This document shows positions 52,166-61,986 of a DNA stretch of 64,000 nucleotides, piece after piece (the first letter of the stretch is position 1; each line of letters starts with the position of its first letter). The DNA comes from Candidatus Poribacteria bacterium. GTDB taxonomy: Bacteria > Poribacteria > WGA-4E > PCPOR2b. The stretch covers positions 4,928,001 through 4,992,000 of the forward strand of contig OZ220744.1 of the NCBI GenBank assembly GCA_965116925.1, read 5' to 3'. The notes under the pieces were generated by a model. It did no database searches, was not told the DNA's origin, and worked only from the letters and a program-made list of their open reading frames with translations. A program made the translations under genes and the position numbers.

Positions 52166-52196
52166 TTATCCACAAGTTATCCACAAGTTATCCACA
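52166..52196 (+). promoter_or_regulatory. Three tandem perfect DnaA boxes upstream of dnaA
   Basis: TTATCCACA at 52166, 52177, 52188. Confidence 0.92.
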
Positions 52197-52354
52197 AATT
52201 CTTCACCTATAGAAAGGCGAGGCTTACCGGGGACTGTCAGCCATTATTTGGCGGGGATTAGATTTAGTTTTTGTCCTTAAGTAAATCTACTTTAGTATAT
52301 CATAAAACATGGTGTAAAATCAAGCCAAAATCCGATCGATTGGTGGGAAAAATC

Positions 52355-52384
52355 TTGACAAATCCTAACCTAATAGACTATCAT
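52355..52384 (+). promoter_or_regulatory. sigma70-type promoter for the rpmH leader
   Basis: TTGACA-18 bp-TATCAT. Confidence 0.6.
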
Positions 52385-52458
52385 TCCTGCGCTTAGAGTT
52401 GACTGTTTGAAAAATCAACCTCTGGAACAAAGTATCGGGATTCCTGTTGAGTCCCGTA

Positions 52459-52566
52459 GTTGGGGCGATGGCGTCCCCGATAGGTGTCAGATTTGATTGG
52501 ACCTATGTAAATCTGGCTAACATAGCGGATAAGAATCCCAGTGCTTTAGCTTTGGGAGTACGTCAA
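52459..52566 (+). ncRNA. Orphan IS605 right end / omegaRNA-like scaffold
   Basis: Ends GGATAAGAATCCCAGTGCTTTAGCTTTGGGAGTACGTCAA, matching 3371-3410 at 36/40; begins with the same GTTGGGGC; no tnpB upstream. Confidence 0.7.
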
Positions 52567-52588
52567 AATTAGTTAGGAGAAGGTGCTG

Positions 52589-52723
52589 ATGAAACGTACA
52601 TATCAACCTCACCGTCGTAAACGAAAAAATAAGTTTGGCTTTCGCAAACGGATGTCTACGCGGGATGGCCGGAAGATTCTCTCTCAACGTCGTGCGAGAG
52701 GTCGAAAAGTCCTCACCGCTTAA
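52589..52723 (+). CDS. rpmH: 50S ribosomal protein L34
   Basis: Not in ORF track (44 aa): [51 protein letters not shown]. Confidence 0.98.
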   Translation: MKRTYQPHRRKRKNKFGFRKRMSTRDGRKILSQRRARGRKVLTA

Positions 52724-52737
52724 CAGGATATACACCA

Positions 52738-53745
52738 ATGGTGTTGCCCCTCGGAAAACTCAAGATTGATCTGTTGGAGCAGCTTTTACCTCAACCAGAT
52801 CGGGATACTCGCGTCGTTGTTGGACCGAAAGTTGGGGAGGATGCTGCTGTAATAGACTTCGGCGAATCGTATCTGGTTGCTAAGACGGATCCGATTACCT
52901 TTGCAACCGATGAGATTGGCTGGTATCTTATCTGCGTCAACAGCAACGATATCGCAACGATGGGGGCAGTTCCAAAATGGCTGCTGACGACGATTCTTCT
53001 ACCGGAAAACCGGACAACTGAAGCGTCGGTACGCCGTATCATGGAACAGATCAACACCGCATGTAATCATTTTGACATTACCCTGTGCGGTGGACATACT
53101 GAAATTACTTACGGCTTAGATCGACCTATTGTCATTGGGCAAATGCTCGGTGAAGTCACCAAGGACAAGCTAATCGTATCATCGGGGGCGCAGGCGGGGG
53201 ATGATCTAATATTGACGAAAGGACTTGGCATTGAAGCCACGTCAATCATCGCCCGCGAGTGTGAAGCCGATCTATTGGCGAAGTTTTCTCCCGCTTTTCT
53301 TAATCGAGCAAAGGGGTATTTGACCTCACCGGGAATTTCGGTGCTGGAGGAGGCACTGATCGCTGTTGAAACGGGCGGTGTCCATGCAATGCACGATCCA
53401 ACGGAAGGCGGCGTTGCGACAGCCATCCACGAGCTGGCACATGCTGCGAACTTGGGAGTAGTTGTCTGGCAGGATGTGCTACTCATATCGGATGACACAG
53501 CGCAACTTTGTCGTGAATTGGATCTGAATCCGCTAGGAGTTATCTCCTCTGGTGCGTTGCTGATTGCGGCGGACCCCACAGCAAGCAACCAGATTGTGTC
53601 AGCGATTACTGAACGCAATATTCCTTGTGAGGTTATCGGTCAGTTGTTGCCACCGGAGAGCGGTTGCTGGATTGAGACGGATGGCCAACGCTGTCCACTC
53701 CCTATTTTTGAGACAGACGAGATTACCAAGATCTTTGGTGAATGA
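52738..53745 (+). CDS. AIR synthase-related (HypE/PurM superfamily) protein
   Basis: GEDAAV, KTDPIT, NDIATMG, GGHTE, MHDPTEGG. Confidence 0.88.
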   Translation: MVLPLGKLKIDLLEQLLPQPDRDTRVVVGPKVGEDAAVIDFGESYLVAKTDPITFATDEIGWYLICVNSNDIATMGAVPKWLLTTILLPENRTTEASVRRIMEQINTACNHFDITLCGGHTEITYGLDRPIVIGQMLGEVTKDKLIVSSGAQAGDDLILTKGLGIEATSIIARECEADLLAKFSPAFLNRAKGYLTSPGISVLEEALIAVETGGVHAMHDPTEGGVATAIHELAHAANLGVVVWQDVLLISDDTAQLCRELDLNPLGVISSGALLIAADPTASNQIVSAITERNIPCEVIGQLLPPESGCWIETDGQRCPLPIFETDEITKIFGE

Positions 53746-53760
53746 CAAGGAGGCGGCGAG

Positions 53761-54312
53761 ATGAAGACATTGTTTGTTGCTTTTTTTGTTGGATTCTGCT
53801 GTTTTCTGTCAGCCTGTAAAGGTCATAATAATCTAGAGAAGCATAAGGAAGTAGTTGCTGTCAGGAGACTCTTCGATGAAGAAATCGAAAAGATAAATTC
53901 TCAACTGGAACTCGCAGATCCTGGTGCAACAAGCGAGGCTGTAGTATATAAGAATCTTGGAGCTTCCTACTTAGAGCAGGGTAAACTCGACAAAGCCGTT
54001 GTAGCCTTCAAAAAAGCGGTCCAGATTGCGCCTAGCTTCGTCGAGGCACACTACTTACTCGCCGATGTCTATTCCCTCAAAGGTGAAGGGATTCTATCAC
54101 GCCAATTCCTTGATAGAGCAATGGCTTTGGACGGAAGCTACATTATTGATACTATGATAAGGATAGTGGATGAGACCCATATTATAGTAGAACCTCCCGG
54201 ATCTGCTGTTATAGAGTCTGAGGAGTCAATAAAACGTACCTTCCCTCCTGAATTTTTTGAAGATCCTGATAAAGTAGGTGTACCCCGCGAGTGGGGGTCT
54301 CCACCTAAGTAA
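53761..54312 (+). CDS. TPR-containing lipoprotein
   Basis: Lipobox LSAC; TPR YKNLGASY...AHYLLA. Confidence 0.75.
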   Translation: MKTLFVAFFVGFCCFLSACKGHNNLEKHKEVVAVRRLFDEEIEKINSQLELADPGATSEAVVYKNLGASYLEQGKLDKAVVAFKKAVQIAPSFVEAHYLLADVYSLKGEGILSRQFLDRAMALDGSYIIDTMIRIVDETHIIVEPPGSAVIESEESIKRTFPPEFFEDPDKVGVPREWGSPPK

Positions 54313-54334
54313 CCAACCGTGGGAACGGTGAGGA

Positions 54335-55591
54335 ATGCCAAGAGAATTCAACGTCCCCCTTTTCTACCGAAGTCCCATCATTTCTGTGGTGAAGCAAGCG
54401 CGCCGGGGGATTGATCCTCGTAAGCGTGACCTCGCCCCTTCCGTTTTGGACTTTGGTCCGGTGCGTTTCAAGATTGCACGTCACTTCGGATTTTGTTATG
54501 GAGTGGAGAACGCAATCGAAATTGCCTATCGAGCACTGGACGAAAATCCGGATAAGCGGATCTTCTTGCTGTCAGAAATGATTCACAATCCTCACGTCAA
54601 CACAGACCTCCGTGAACGGGGTGTGCAGTTCCTCTGCGAAACATCGGGTAAGCAATTAATCCCTTTCGATGAATTGACACCCGCAGATGTGGTTATTGTG
54701 CCTGCCTTTGGTACAACACTGGAAATACAATCTGAACTGAATCAGCGCGGCATCAATCCCTACGCTTACAATACGACCTGTCCTTTTGTGGAAAAGGTGT
54801 GGAAGAAAAGTGAGGAGATTGGCAGGCAGGATTACACTATCGTGGTGCACGGCAAGCGATACCACGAAGAAACACGGGCGACGTTTTCCCATGCGAAATC
54901 GGGAGCACCTGTGGTGGTTGTGCTGAATCTGGTTGAAGCGAAGAACCTTTCTAAGGTGATATGCGGTGAAGCTGACCGAGCATTTTTCTTTGAATATTTT
55001 GCAGATAGCTACTCCCCCGGCTTTGAGCCGGACCGTGACCTGAAACGTATTGGTGTTGTCAACCAAACGACGATGCTGGCAACCGAGACACAGGCGATCG
55101 CAGACCTACTTCGGGGGACGATGGTAGACCGATACGGTGAGGAACATATTAACGAACATTTTGCCGATACTAAGGATACGCTGTGCTACGCGACTAAAGA
55201 GAATCAGGACGCGACGCTCGCTCTCATCGAAGACCGTGGCGACTTAGCCTTGGTGGTAGGTGGATACAATTCCTCTAACACGAGCCACCTTGTCGAGTTG
55301 TGCGAAGATAAAATGCCGACGTACTTCGTCTGCGACGCCGGGGAGATCAAATCGCCTCGATCGGTCCGCCACTGGGACATTCGCGCAAAATCTGTGTGCG
55401 AAACGACCGATTGGCTTCCCATGCACTCTCCTGATGACAGACCTGTTGATATTATTCTGACCGCGGGGGCTTCGTGTCCTGATGCTTTACTTGACGAGGT
55501 ACTGTGCAAAGTTGTCTCGTGGTTCCCCCAAACCCTTTCTGTTGACGATGTCCTTGCGCCCTACCGGGACGATGAAGGCTACAGTCTGTAA
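54335..55591 (+). CDS. ispH: 4-hydroxy-3-methylbut-2-enyl diphosphate reductase
   Basis: FGFCYGV, IHNP, TCPFV, TLCYAT, SSNT, TAGASCP. Confidence 0.97.
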   Translation: MPREFNVPLFYRSPIISVVKQARRGIDPRKRDLAPSVLDFGPVRFKIARHFGFCYGVENAIEIAYRALDENPDKRIFLLSEMIHNPHVNTDLRERGVQFLCETSGKQLIPFDELTPADVVIVPAFGTTLEIQSELNQRGINPYAYNTTCPFVEKVWKKSEEIGRQDYTIVVHGKRYHEETRATFSHAKSGAPVVVVLNLVEAKNLSKVICGEADRAFFFEYFADSYSPGFEPDRDLKRIGVVNQTTMLATETQAIADLLRGTMVDRYGEEHINEHFADTKDTLCYATKENQDATLALIEDRGDLALVVGGYNSSNTSHLVELCEDKMPTYFVCDAGEIKSPRSVRHWDIRAKSVCETTDWLPMHSPDDRPVDIILTAGASCPDALLDEVLCKVVSWFPQTLSVDDVLAPYRDDEGYSL

Positions 55592-55616
55592 CGAAGTAGG
55601 AAAGTTTTCGCTCTGA

Positions 55617-56687
55617 CTAGTTGGCGCGGATGATTTGCCACCCCTTCTCTGTGTCTGCTAAGACCAATGAGAGGGCACCAGAGGTCTGTTCGGCTTTTCC
55701 ACTGTCTTTCGGCGTATACTGGAGTGTGTAGATTCCGTTGACAACGGCAGTGTCATCAATTACATTCCGGTGAATGTTGATCTCTGTCAGTGTCATGTTG
55801 ATCTGATGATGCCTTTGAAAAAAATCAGCGGCTCTGGTTTGGATATCGTTATATGTTCGCCCATTGGAATTGTAGTTTGCTGAGAAGCAGGACATGACCT
55901 TCTCAAGATTGGCGTTGTCGTATCCCTCCTCATATTGCTTTAACACCATCCTTATCAATCCCTCGTCATTCGATGGCACCTCTGCTTGCGGGGCGAGTGC
56001 TTGAGTCAACTTCTGCGCTGTCTGACCCGTTGCTATTGGATAGCCCCACACTTCTAATTCCATGACCCGCGCAAACCCTTCGACTTCATAAACAGGTTTT
56101 TGTCGCGACATATACTGATAAACCCGCTCTGTATCGTTTGTTGACACGGGTACAAGGCGGATGTGTTGAGCAAACAGCTTGCCACGAATATCGTGCACAC
56201 GTTTCCCTTTGGTATTATCCCTTGCGGTGTATTGTCTATCTTTCGTATCGCCTGTTGGAATCAATCCCCAGCCTGTTCCGTGCCAATATTCAATCCGGTA
56301 GTCTTTGAGACCGTGCTTTGCAGCGGGGTACTGTTCGGAATTGATTGTGTACATGACAACTCGCCGGATGTCAACAGGTTCGGGTAGATCGATTCGCACA
56401 TAGGGTCGTCTGTTTAGATCCGAAGTGCGTAGATGTTCTAGGGTGCACCCCCAACCGCTGCCTTCATCCCATGTTTCGGAAGAGGTGTCCCCATCAATTA
56501 CCTCTTCGGGTAGATGGTTGGGTATGTGTTGTGAAGCATCGGCGGCTGCGCCCTTACTGAGAAGCGCAAAATTGTTGAGTTCTGGGGGTGGTTCAAAGAT
56601 CGGGCTTTGTAACGTTTGGGTTTGGCAACCGATTACAGTAATGAACAAAACCCCAACACTAAGGCGGAAACAGATTTTGGATAACAT
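55617..56687 (-). CDS. Lipoprotein with discoidin-like and NTF2/SnoaL-like domains
   Basis: Lipobox VIGC; N.AL..GA...IDGD..W...ELEVWG; C-terminal helix plus W.II strand. Confidence 0.65.
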   Translation of the reverse strand: MLSKICFRLSVGVLFITVIGCQTQTLQSPIFEPPPELNNFALLSKGAAADASQHIPNHLPEEVIDGDTSSETWDEGSGWGCTLEHLRTSDLNRRPYVRIDLPEPVDIRRVVMYTINSEQYPAAKHGLKDYRIEYWHGTGWGLIPTGDTKDRQYTARDNTKGKRVHDIRGKLFAQHIRLVPVSTNDTERVYQYMSRQKPVYEVEGFARVMELEVWGYPIATGQTAQKLTQALAPQAEVPSNDEGLIRMVLKQYEEGYDNANLEKVMSCFSANYNSNGRTYNDIQTRAADFFQRHHQINMTLTEINIHRNVIDDTAVVNGIYTLQYTPKDSGKAEQTSGALSLVLADTEKGWQIIRAN

Positions 56688-56819
56688 TGTCGTTACTCCT
56701 TTCGACTAAGGATGGTATGCTACCATGCCGTCACAGCCACACAAATTATAGTCAATGTGCCTGATGTTGTCCACAGGAATCTGCTTTTTCTACATATTTC
56801 TGCGCCCAACTAAAAACGG

Positions 56820-56848
56820 TTGATAAAGCAACCGAATTATGGTATAAT
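56820..56848 (+). promoter_or_regulatory. sigma70 promoter of the rpsF operon
   Basis: TTGATA-17 bp-TATAAT with extended TG. Confidence 0.7.
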
Positions 56849-56992
56849 CTAGCCAATCTCTGCTCCATAATTGACTGATTATGAATTTTGGTATTGTTAT
56901 TACGAGGGAGATGCAGGAGATTTTTTGCCTGCGAGTAAACATCAGTCAAAATTTAGATTGGAGCCATTCGTCCAAAGGGAGGTACGAGAGCA

Positions 56993-57406
56993 TTGCGTCA
57001 ATACGAAACCATTTTTATTATTAACCCAGATCTAGATGAAAGCCAAACAGATGGCGTTATTGAAGGCGTCAAGACGGCTATCGAATCTGGTGGAGGTAAG
57101 GTTCTAAAAGTAGATCCATGGGGGAAGAAAAGGCTTGCTTATGCAGTTAAGCAGCACAATGATGGCTATTATGTGCTTATCGTGTTTGAAAGTAGCCCTG
57201 AGTTTGTAACTCAACTGAATGGTCACTATCGAATTACGGAACTGATTATCAAGCATATCGTTGTGCAATTTGAAGGGGATCTAACCACACTTACTCCGAG
57301 CCATCCGTCGGCAACACAGGAAGAAAGAAGCGACTCGACAGATGCACGTTCTTTTAAAGATATTGAGAGCGAAGACGAGGATGCAGACGAGGATAAATAC
57401 TTTTAA
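56993..57406 (+). CDS. rpsF: 30S ribosomal protein S6
   Basis: RQYETIFII.P, WGKKRLAY; GGAGG SD, TTG start. Confidence 0.97.
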   Translation: MRQYETIFIINPDLDESQTDGVIEGVKTAIESGGGKVLKVDPWGKKRLAYAVKQHNDGYYVLIVFESSPEFVTQLNGHYRITELIIKHIVVQFEGDLTTLTPSHPSATQEERSDSTDARSFKDIESEDEDADEDKYF

Positions 57407-57464
57407 TGCTATTGATATGGTTGATGAAGTATAGCATCAGCCAAAGCATAAGGAGACAGTAATC

Positions 57465-57914
57465 ATGGCAAGCTACAACAAGGTCATACTCATGGGAAAC
57501 CTTACCCGCGATCCGGAATTGAAATATCTTCCAAGTGGAACAGCAGTTGCGAATTTTGGACTCGCTATGAACGAAACTTACACCGACCGGCAGACTGGCG
57601 AAAAGAAGGAAGAGGCCTGTTTTGTTGAGGTAGAAACTTGGGGAAGACAAGCCGAAATTGTGAACGAATATTTTCAAAAAGGGAGACCTATTTTGCTTGA
57701 GGGAAGCCTCAAGTTTGACTCTTGGGAAGCCGACGATGGGACTAAGCGGAGCCGACTCAAGGTCAGAGCGTTTCGGTTCCAGTTTGTCGGAGGTTCTCAA
57801 GATGGCGACGGTGGTGGTGCTTACGATCAGGCATCACCCGCAGCAGCCCCTTCATCACCCGAATTTTCCGGTGAGCAGGGACCGTCTACAACTGACGATG
57901 ATATTCCTTTCTGA
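57465..57914 (+). CDS. ssb: Single-stranded DNA-binding protein
   Basis: NKVILMGNLTRDPE, terminal DDDIPF. Confidence 0.98.
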   Translation: MASYNKVILMGNLTRDPELKYLPSGTAVANFGLAMNETYTDRQTGEKKEEACFVEVETWGRQAEIVNEYFQKGRPILLEGSLKFDSWEADDGTKRSRLKVRAFRFQFVGGSQDGDGGGAYDQASPAAAPSSPEFSGEQGPSTTDDDIPF

Positions 57915-57952
57915 TATTAACCGTTGTATAAAATTAACGAACATTAAAAATG

Positions 57953-57982
57953 AAAAGCGGGCGCGGTCAATGCCCGCTTTTC
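57953..57982 (+). terminator. Terminator-like hairpin between ssb and rpsR
   Basis: AAAAGCGGGC...GCCCGCTTTTC. Confidence 0.55.
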
Positions 57983-58012
57983 TTCTGTATTACAAATTGG
58001 AGGACTGAAATT

Positions 58013-58321
58013 GTGGCTAGGGAACAGCGTGGTGACACAAGATCAAGGGATAACCGATCAAGAGATACTCGTGACAACTTAAGAGATAGCCGTGAGGCGC
58101 CCTATCGAAGGGGTCGTCGTAAACGGTGTCGATTTTGCATGGATAAGGTAGATTTCATTGATTATAAGAGTATTGAAATACTCAGAAATTTTATGACGGA
58201 CCGCGGTAAACTGCTGCCGCGACGGGTTTCGGGAAACTGTGCGAAGCATCAAAGGGAGATAACACGAGCCATCAAGCGGGCACGTAACATTGCCTTAGTA
58301 CCTTTTACAACACAACAGTAG
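58013..58321 (+). CDS. rpsR: 30S ribosomal protein S18 (Zn-binding form)
   Basis: [28 protein letters not shown] start after GGAGG. Confidence 0.97.
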   Translation: MAREQRGDTRSRDNRSRDTRDNLRDSREAPYRRGRRKRCRFCMDKVDFIDYKSIEILRNFMTDRGKLLPRRVSGNCAKHQREITRAIKRARNIALVPFTTQQ

Positions 58322-58401
58322 ATCATTATAGGTAAAGGCTACGCGTGATAGTTTTCCGACTCACATTGTAAAGCTTGGTCATAAAAATTGAGAGGCATTT
58401 T

Positions 58402-58854
58402 ATGGAAGTTATTCTTAAAAAAAGAGTTGAAACACTTGGAGATGAGGGAGACATTTTAACGGTTGCCAACGGTTATGCGCGTAACTATCTCATCCCCATG
58501 CAACTTGCAGTTCGAGCGACAGAGAAAAACCGACGGATGCTTGAGCATGAGCGACAGTTGATAGCAGCCCAAGGCGAAAAAGCGAAAGTAAGGGCTGAGG
58601 AACTCGCAAGCCGTATCGCAGAAGTCACTTGTACAATCCAAAGGCGCGCCGGGGAAAACGATCGGCTTTTTGGATCTATTACCTCGATGGATATTGCAGA
58701 TGCGCTGGCGAGCCAGGATATTGAAGTGGATCGTCGAAATATTGAACTAGAAGAACCCATTAGAGAACTAGGGGTTTTCACGGTTCCCATCCGCTTTCAT
58801 GCGGATGTTACCGCAGATATTCAGATTGTTGTTGTTCGTGAAGAGTCGTCTTGA
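58402..58854 (+). CDS. rplI: 50S ribosomal protein L9
   Basis: MEVIL, GYARNYLIP, LFGSIT. Confidence 0.97.
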   Translation: MEVILKKRVETLGDEGDILTVANGYARNYLIPMQLAVRATEKNRRMLEHERQLIAAQGEKAKVRAEELASRIAEVTCTIQRRAGENDRLFGSITSMDIADALASQDIEVDRRNIELEEPIRELGVFTVPIRFHADVTADIQIVVVREESS

Positions 58855-58893
58855 CGAACAGCCTTCACCAGTCCTAAACTCCGGGGTTGAGCG

Positions 58894-60228
58894 ATGAATA
58901 CCAAAACTACGGAACCCCTTCACGACAGAGATGCGGAGCAAGCTGTGCTTGGATCCATGATGGTAGATAGCGCAGTGATTCCCCGCGTGATCCCTATTCT
59001 CGGTCACACTTCGGAGGATTTTTTTACTGCAGATCATCAGCTCATTTATGCGGCGATTCTTTCGGTCTATGAGCGTCATAACAAGGTGGACCCGCTCCTT
59101 GTGTCGGATGAGCTCGAAAGAAAAAATGAACTCAATCGAGCGGGGGGCGATCTTTACCTCTATGATCTACAAGCCCGTATTGTCGAAACGGAAAGCACCG
59201 AGTTCTATGCACAGATTGTTCGAGAGAAATCGACACGCCGGCAGTTAGTGCAAACGGGAGAGCAGATCAGCAATCTAGCGCGTGACCAAGATCAGGAGCT
59301 CCGGGAGGTACTAGATCAAGCCCAAGAAGGGGTCTTTCGTCTCGGTCAAGCGGAGGATGACCAAGGATTTGTATCGGTTGGCTCGATTGTCAAGGAAACC
59401 TTGGCAGAGATCGAGCAACTCTTCCATAAACAGGACCAATACGTCGGTATACCGACGGGGTTTACCGATTTTGATCTAATGACTTCGGGGCTGCAGCGGG
59501 GTGATTTGATTATTATTGCGGCGCGACCCAGCATGGGCAAAAGTACGTTAGTATTGAATATGGCTCAGAATATTGCTATTGAGCAGGAATTGCCGGTTGC
59601 GATATTCAGCCTTGAAATGCCCACGCAGCAGGTGCTATTGCGGATGTTGGCTGCTGAAGCCCAGATTAACTTTGGTCACCTCCGCACTGGTAACTTGACG
59701 GGCGAGGATTGGACAGGCTTGACACAGGCGGTCAGTAGCTTGATGTCGGTGCCTATTTTTATCAATGATACAAGAGGAGTAACTGTACAGACACTGCGTG
59801 CAGAGGGGCGCCGCTTGAAAGGGGAACACAGCGATCTCGCGGTAATTATTGTTGATTATTTGCAGCTGCTGAGTGGTTCGGGGCGATATGCCGGACGGGT
59901 AGAAGAGATTTCTGATATTTCACGTGCGCTCAAGACCCTTGCTTGGGAACTGGATACACCGATTATTGCATGTTCCCAGTTGAGCCGTGAGGTAGAGAAA
60001 CGTCCGGATAAACGTCCGCTACTATCCGATTTACGGGAATCTGGAGCTATTGAGCAGGATGCCGATTTAGTTGCATTCTTGTATCGAGAAGACTATTATG
60101 ATGAAGCTGCGGATGACCAAGGAACTGCTGATCTGCTTATCAAAAAGCAACGCAATGGGCCCACAGGTACAGTCAGATTAGAATTCAATAAAACACAGAT
60201 GCGGTTTGCCAACATGTCCTATCAGTAG
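58894..60228 (+). CDS. dnaB: Replicative helicase DnaB
   Basis: AEQAVLG, AARPSMGKS, DYLQL, SDLRESGAIEQDAD; no intein. Confidence 0.98.
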   Translation: MNTKTTEPLHDRDAEQAVLGSMMVDSAVIPRVIPILGHTSEDFFTADHQLIYAAILSVYERHNKVDPLLVSDELERKNELNRAGGDLYLYDLQARIVETESTEFYAQIVREKSTRRQLVQTGEQISNLARDQDQELREVLDQAQEGVFRLGQAEDDQGFVSVGSIVKETLAEIEQLFHKQDQYVGIPTGFTDFDLMTSGLQRGDLIIIAARPSMGKSTLVLNMAQNIAIEQELPVAIFSLEMPTQQVLLRMLAAEAQINFGHLRTGNLTGEDWTGLTQAVSSLMSVPIFINDTRGVTVQTLRAEGRRLKGEHSDLAVIIVDYLQLLSGSGRYAGRVEEISDISRALKTLAWELDTPIIACSQLSREVEKRPDKRPLLSDLRESGAIEQDADLVAFLYREDYYDEAADDQGTADLLIKKQRNGPTGTVRLEFNKTQMRFANMSYQ

Positions 60229-60287
60229 AGATAGGGTAGTTAAGTCTCTGATGTAGACATTCTTAAGTTTTTTGCGACCTTTATCCC

Positions 60288-61148
60288 GTGTGTCCCTCTA
60301 TGAATGACCAATCCCCTATCCAACGCCAGACCCTATATGATTCGCGTAGCTTTTTAGTCCGCGCTATCGATTTTGTCGGCGGCCGAGCCTTAAACGGTAT
60401 ATCTGGACTTGGGAACGCCACCATGCTGGTGTGGGAGACTTGGTCGTTAGCCTTTAGGCCTCCACTGCAACTTAGACTGCTAGTTTACCAGCTGTATCTG
60501 ATTGGTGTCAATTCGATATCAGTTGTGTTAATTGCTGGACTTTTTACCGGCATGGTATTGGCAACGCAGGGATACCATCAACTTATCCAGCTTTCAGCAG
60601 AAGGCACACTGGGTAAATTTGTCACTGTATCTGTCGTTAAAGAACTTGGACCGATGGTCACTGCGTTTGTACTTGCTGGACGAATCGGTGCGTCGATTAC
60701 GGCGGAACTGGGTACAATGAAGGTGACCGAGCAGATAGATGCCCTTGAGGTGATGGCAACGAACCCGGTCAAATACCTCGTCGTTCCCCGTTTTCTTGCT
60801 TGTGCAATCATGCTGCCGATCCTGACCCTTTTTGCGATTGTTTTTGGCATTGCTGGCGGTTATCTCGCCTCCATTATCCTGTTTGATATGAATGGTCTCT
60901 TTTTTCTTAAACTAGCCCAAGCAAATTTGTTTATCAGCAGTATTGTTATCAGTCTTGTTAAAGCGTCAGCGTTTGGGATGGCGATTGCTTCGATAGGTTG
61001 CTATAAAGGGTTTACAATCTCTGCAGCGGGCGGTGCCGAAGGAGTTGGCAAATCAACAACAGGGTCAGCAGTAACATCGTTGGTTACCATTTTGGCTCTA
61101 GATGCATTTTTGAACTATCTGCTTCATACGATTTGGGGGTTGCAATAG
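60288..61148 (+). CDS. mlaE: MlaE-family permease
   Basis: ELGPMVTA..AGRIG...ELGTMKVTEQIDAL. Confidence 0.95.
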   Translation: MCPSMNDQSPIQRQTLYDSRSFLVRAIDFVGGRALNGISGLGNATMLVWETWSLAFRPPLQLRLLVYQLYLIGVNSISVVLIAGLFTGMVLATQGYHQLIQLSAEGTLGKFVTVSVVKELGPMVTAFVLAGRIGASITAELGTMKVTEQIDALEVMATNPVKYLVVPRFLACAIMLPILTLFAIVFGIAGGYLASIILFDMNGLFFLKLAQANLFISSIVISLVKASAFGMAIASIGCYKGFTISAAGGAEGVGKSTTGSAVTSLVTILALDAFLNYLLHTIWGLQ

Positions 61149-61227
61149 CCGGCGGAGCGAAATAGGGGCGAGGTCTATCAATGTTACACCTTGCGCCTAA
61201 CTATGCCGCAACTCCGCTGTAAGTAAA

Positions 61228-61965
61228 ATGATTTGGATTGAAGATCTTTGGAAAAACTTTGAAAACAAAGAGGTCCTCACCGGACTTGAGCTTTACATCC
61301 CTCGTGGTGAGACATTGGTTATTATGGGACAGAGTGGGTGTGGGAAAAGCGTTCTGCTCAAAATGATTACCGGGTTAATGAAGCCGGATCAAGGCCAAAT
61401 CTGGGTTGATGGCGAAGATATTACCACGTTCACACGCAAAGCCTTGAACCGGACCCGTCGAAAGCTCGGCATGCTTTTTCAATCGGCTGCCCTGTTTGAC
61501 TCGATGACTGTTGCGGAAAATGTTGGGTTCATGGTTTCCCAGCACATGAAACTCAGTAGGCGTGAAATCGACGAAATTGTTGCCGAAAAGCTCCATTTAG
61601 TCCAGCTTGATGGTACACAGGACCTGAGACCGGCAGAACTCAGCGGAGGTATGCGAAAGCGGGTCGGACTCGCCCGTGCTATTGCGTGCAATCCAGAAGT
61701 AATACTATACGATGAGCCGACGACAGGATTGGATCCGATTACAGCGTTAGAAATCAACCGACTCATACGCGATCTACATCAAAAGCTTCAAGTAACTTCT
61801 GTTGTTGTGACACACGATATGGAGAGTGCGTTTTCAGTTGGGACAAGGATGGCAATGATACATCAAGGTCAGGTGATTGCCCACGGGACCCCAGATGAAG
61901 TTTGGAAGATTGATAACCCTATTTTACAGCAATTTATTGGGCATGAAAACCGTCGTCAGGATTGA
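61228..61965 (+). CDS. mlaF: MlaF/Mkl ABC ATPase
   Basis: GQSGCGKS, LSGGMRKRVGLARA, YDEPTTGLDP. Confidence 0.95.
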   Translation: MIWIEDLWKNFENKEVLTGLELYIPRGETLVIMGQSGCGKSVLLKMITGLMKPDQGQIWVDGEDITTFTRKALNRTRRKLGMLFQSAALFDSMTVAENVGFMVSQHMKLSRREIDEIVAEKLHLVQLDGTQDLRPAELSGGMRKRVGLARAIACNPEVILYDEPTTGLDPITALEINRLIRDLHQKLQVTSVVVTHDMESAFSVGTRMAMIHQGQVIAHGTPDEVWKIDNPILQQFIGHENRRQD

Positions 61966-61986
61966 CAGTTGTAGGTGAGGTGATCG

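Noticed and set aside
56900..56992. S6:S18-binding leader upstream of rpsF
   Set aside because: Hairpins exist near the SD but the consensus could not be matched confidently; needs an Rfam search.
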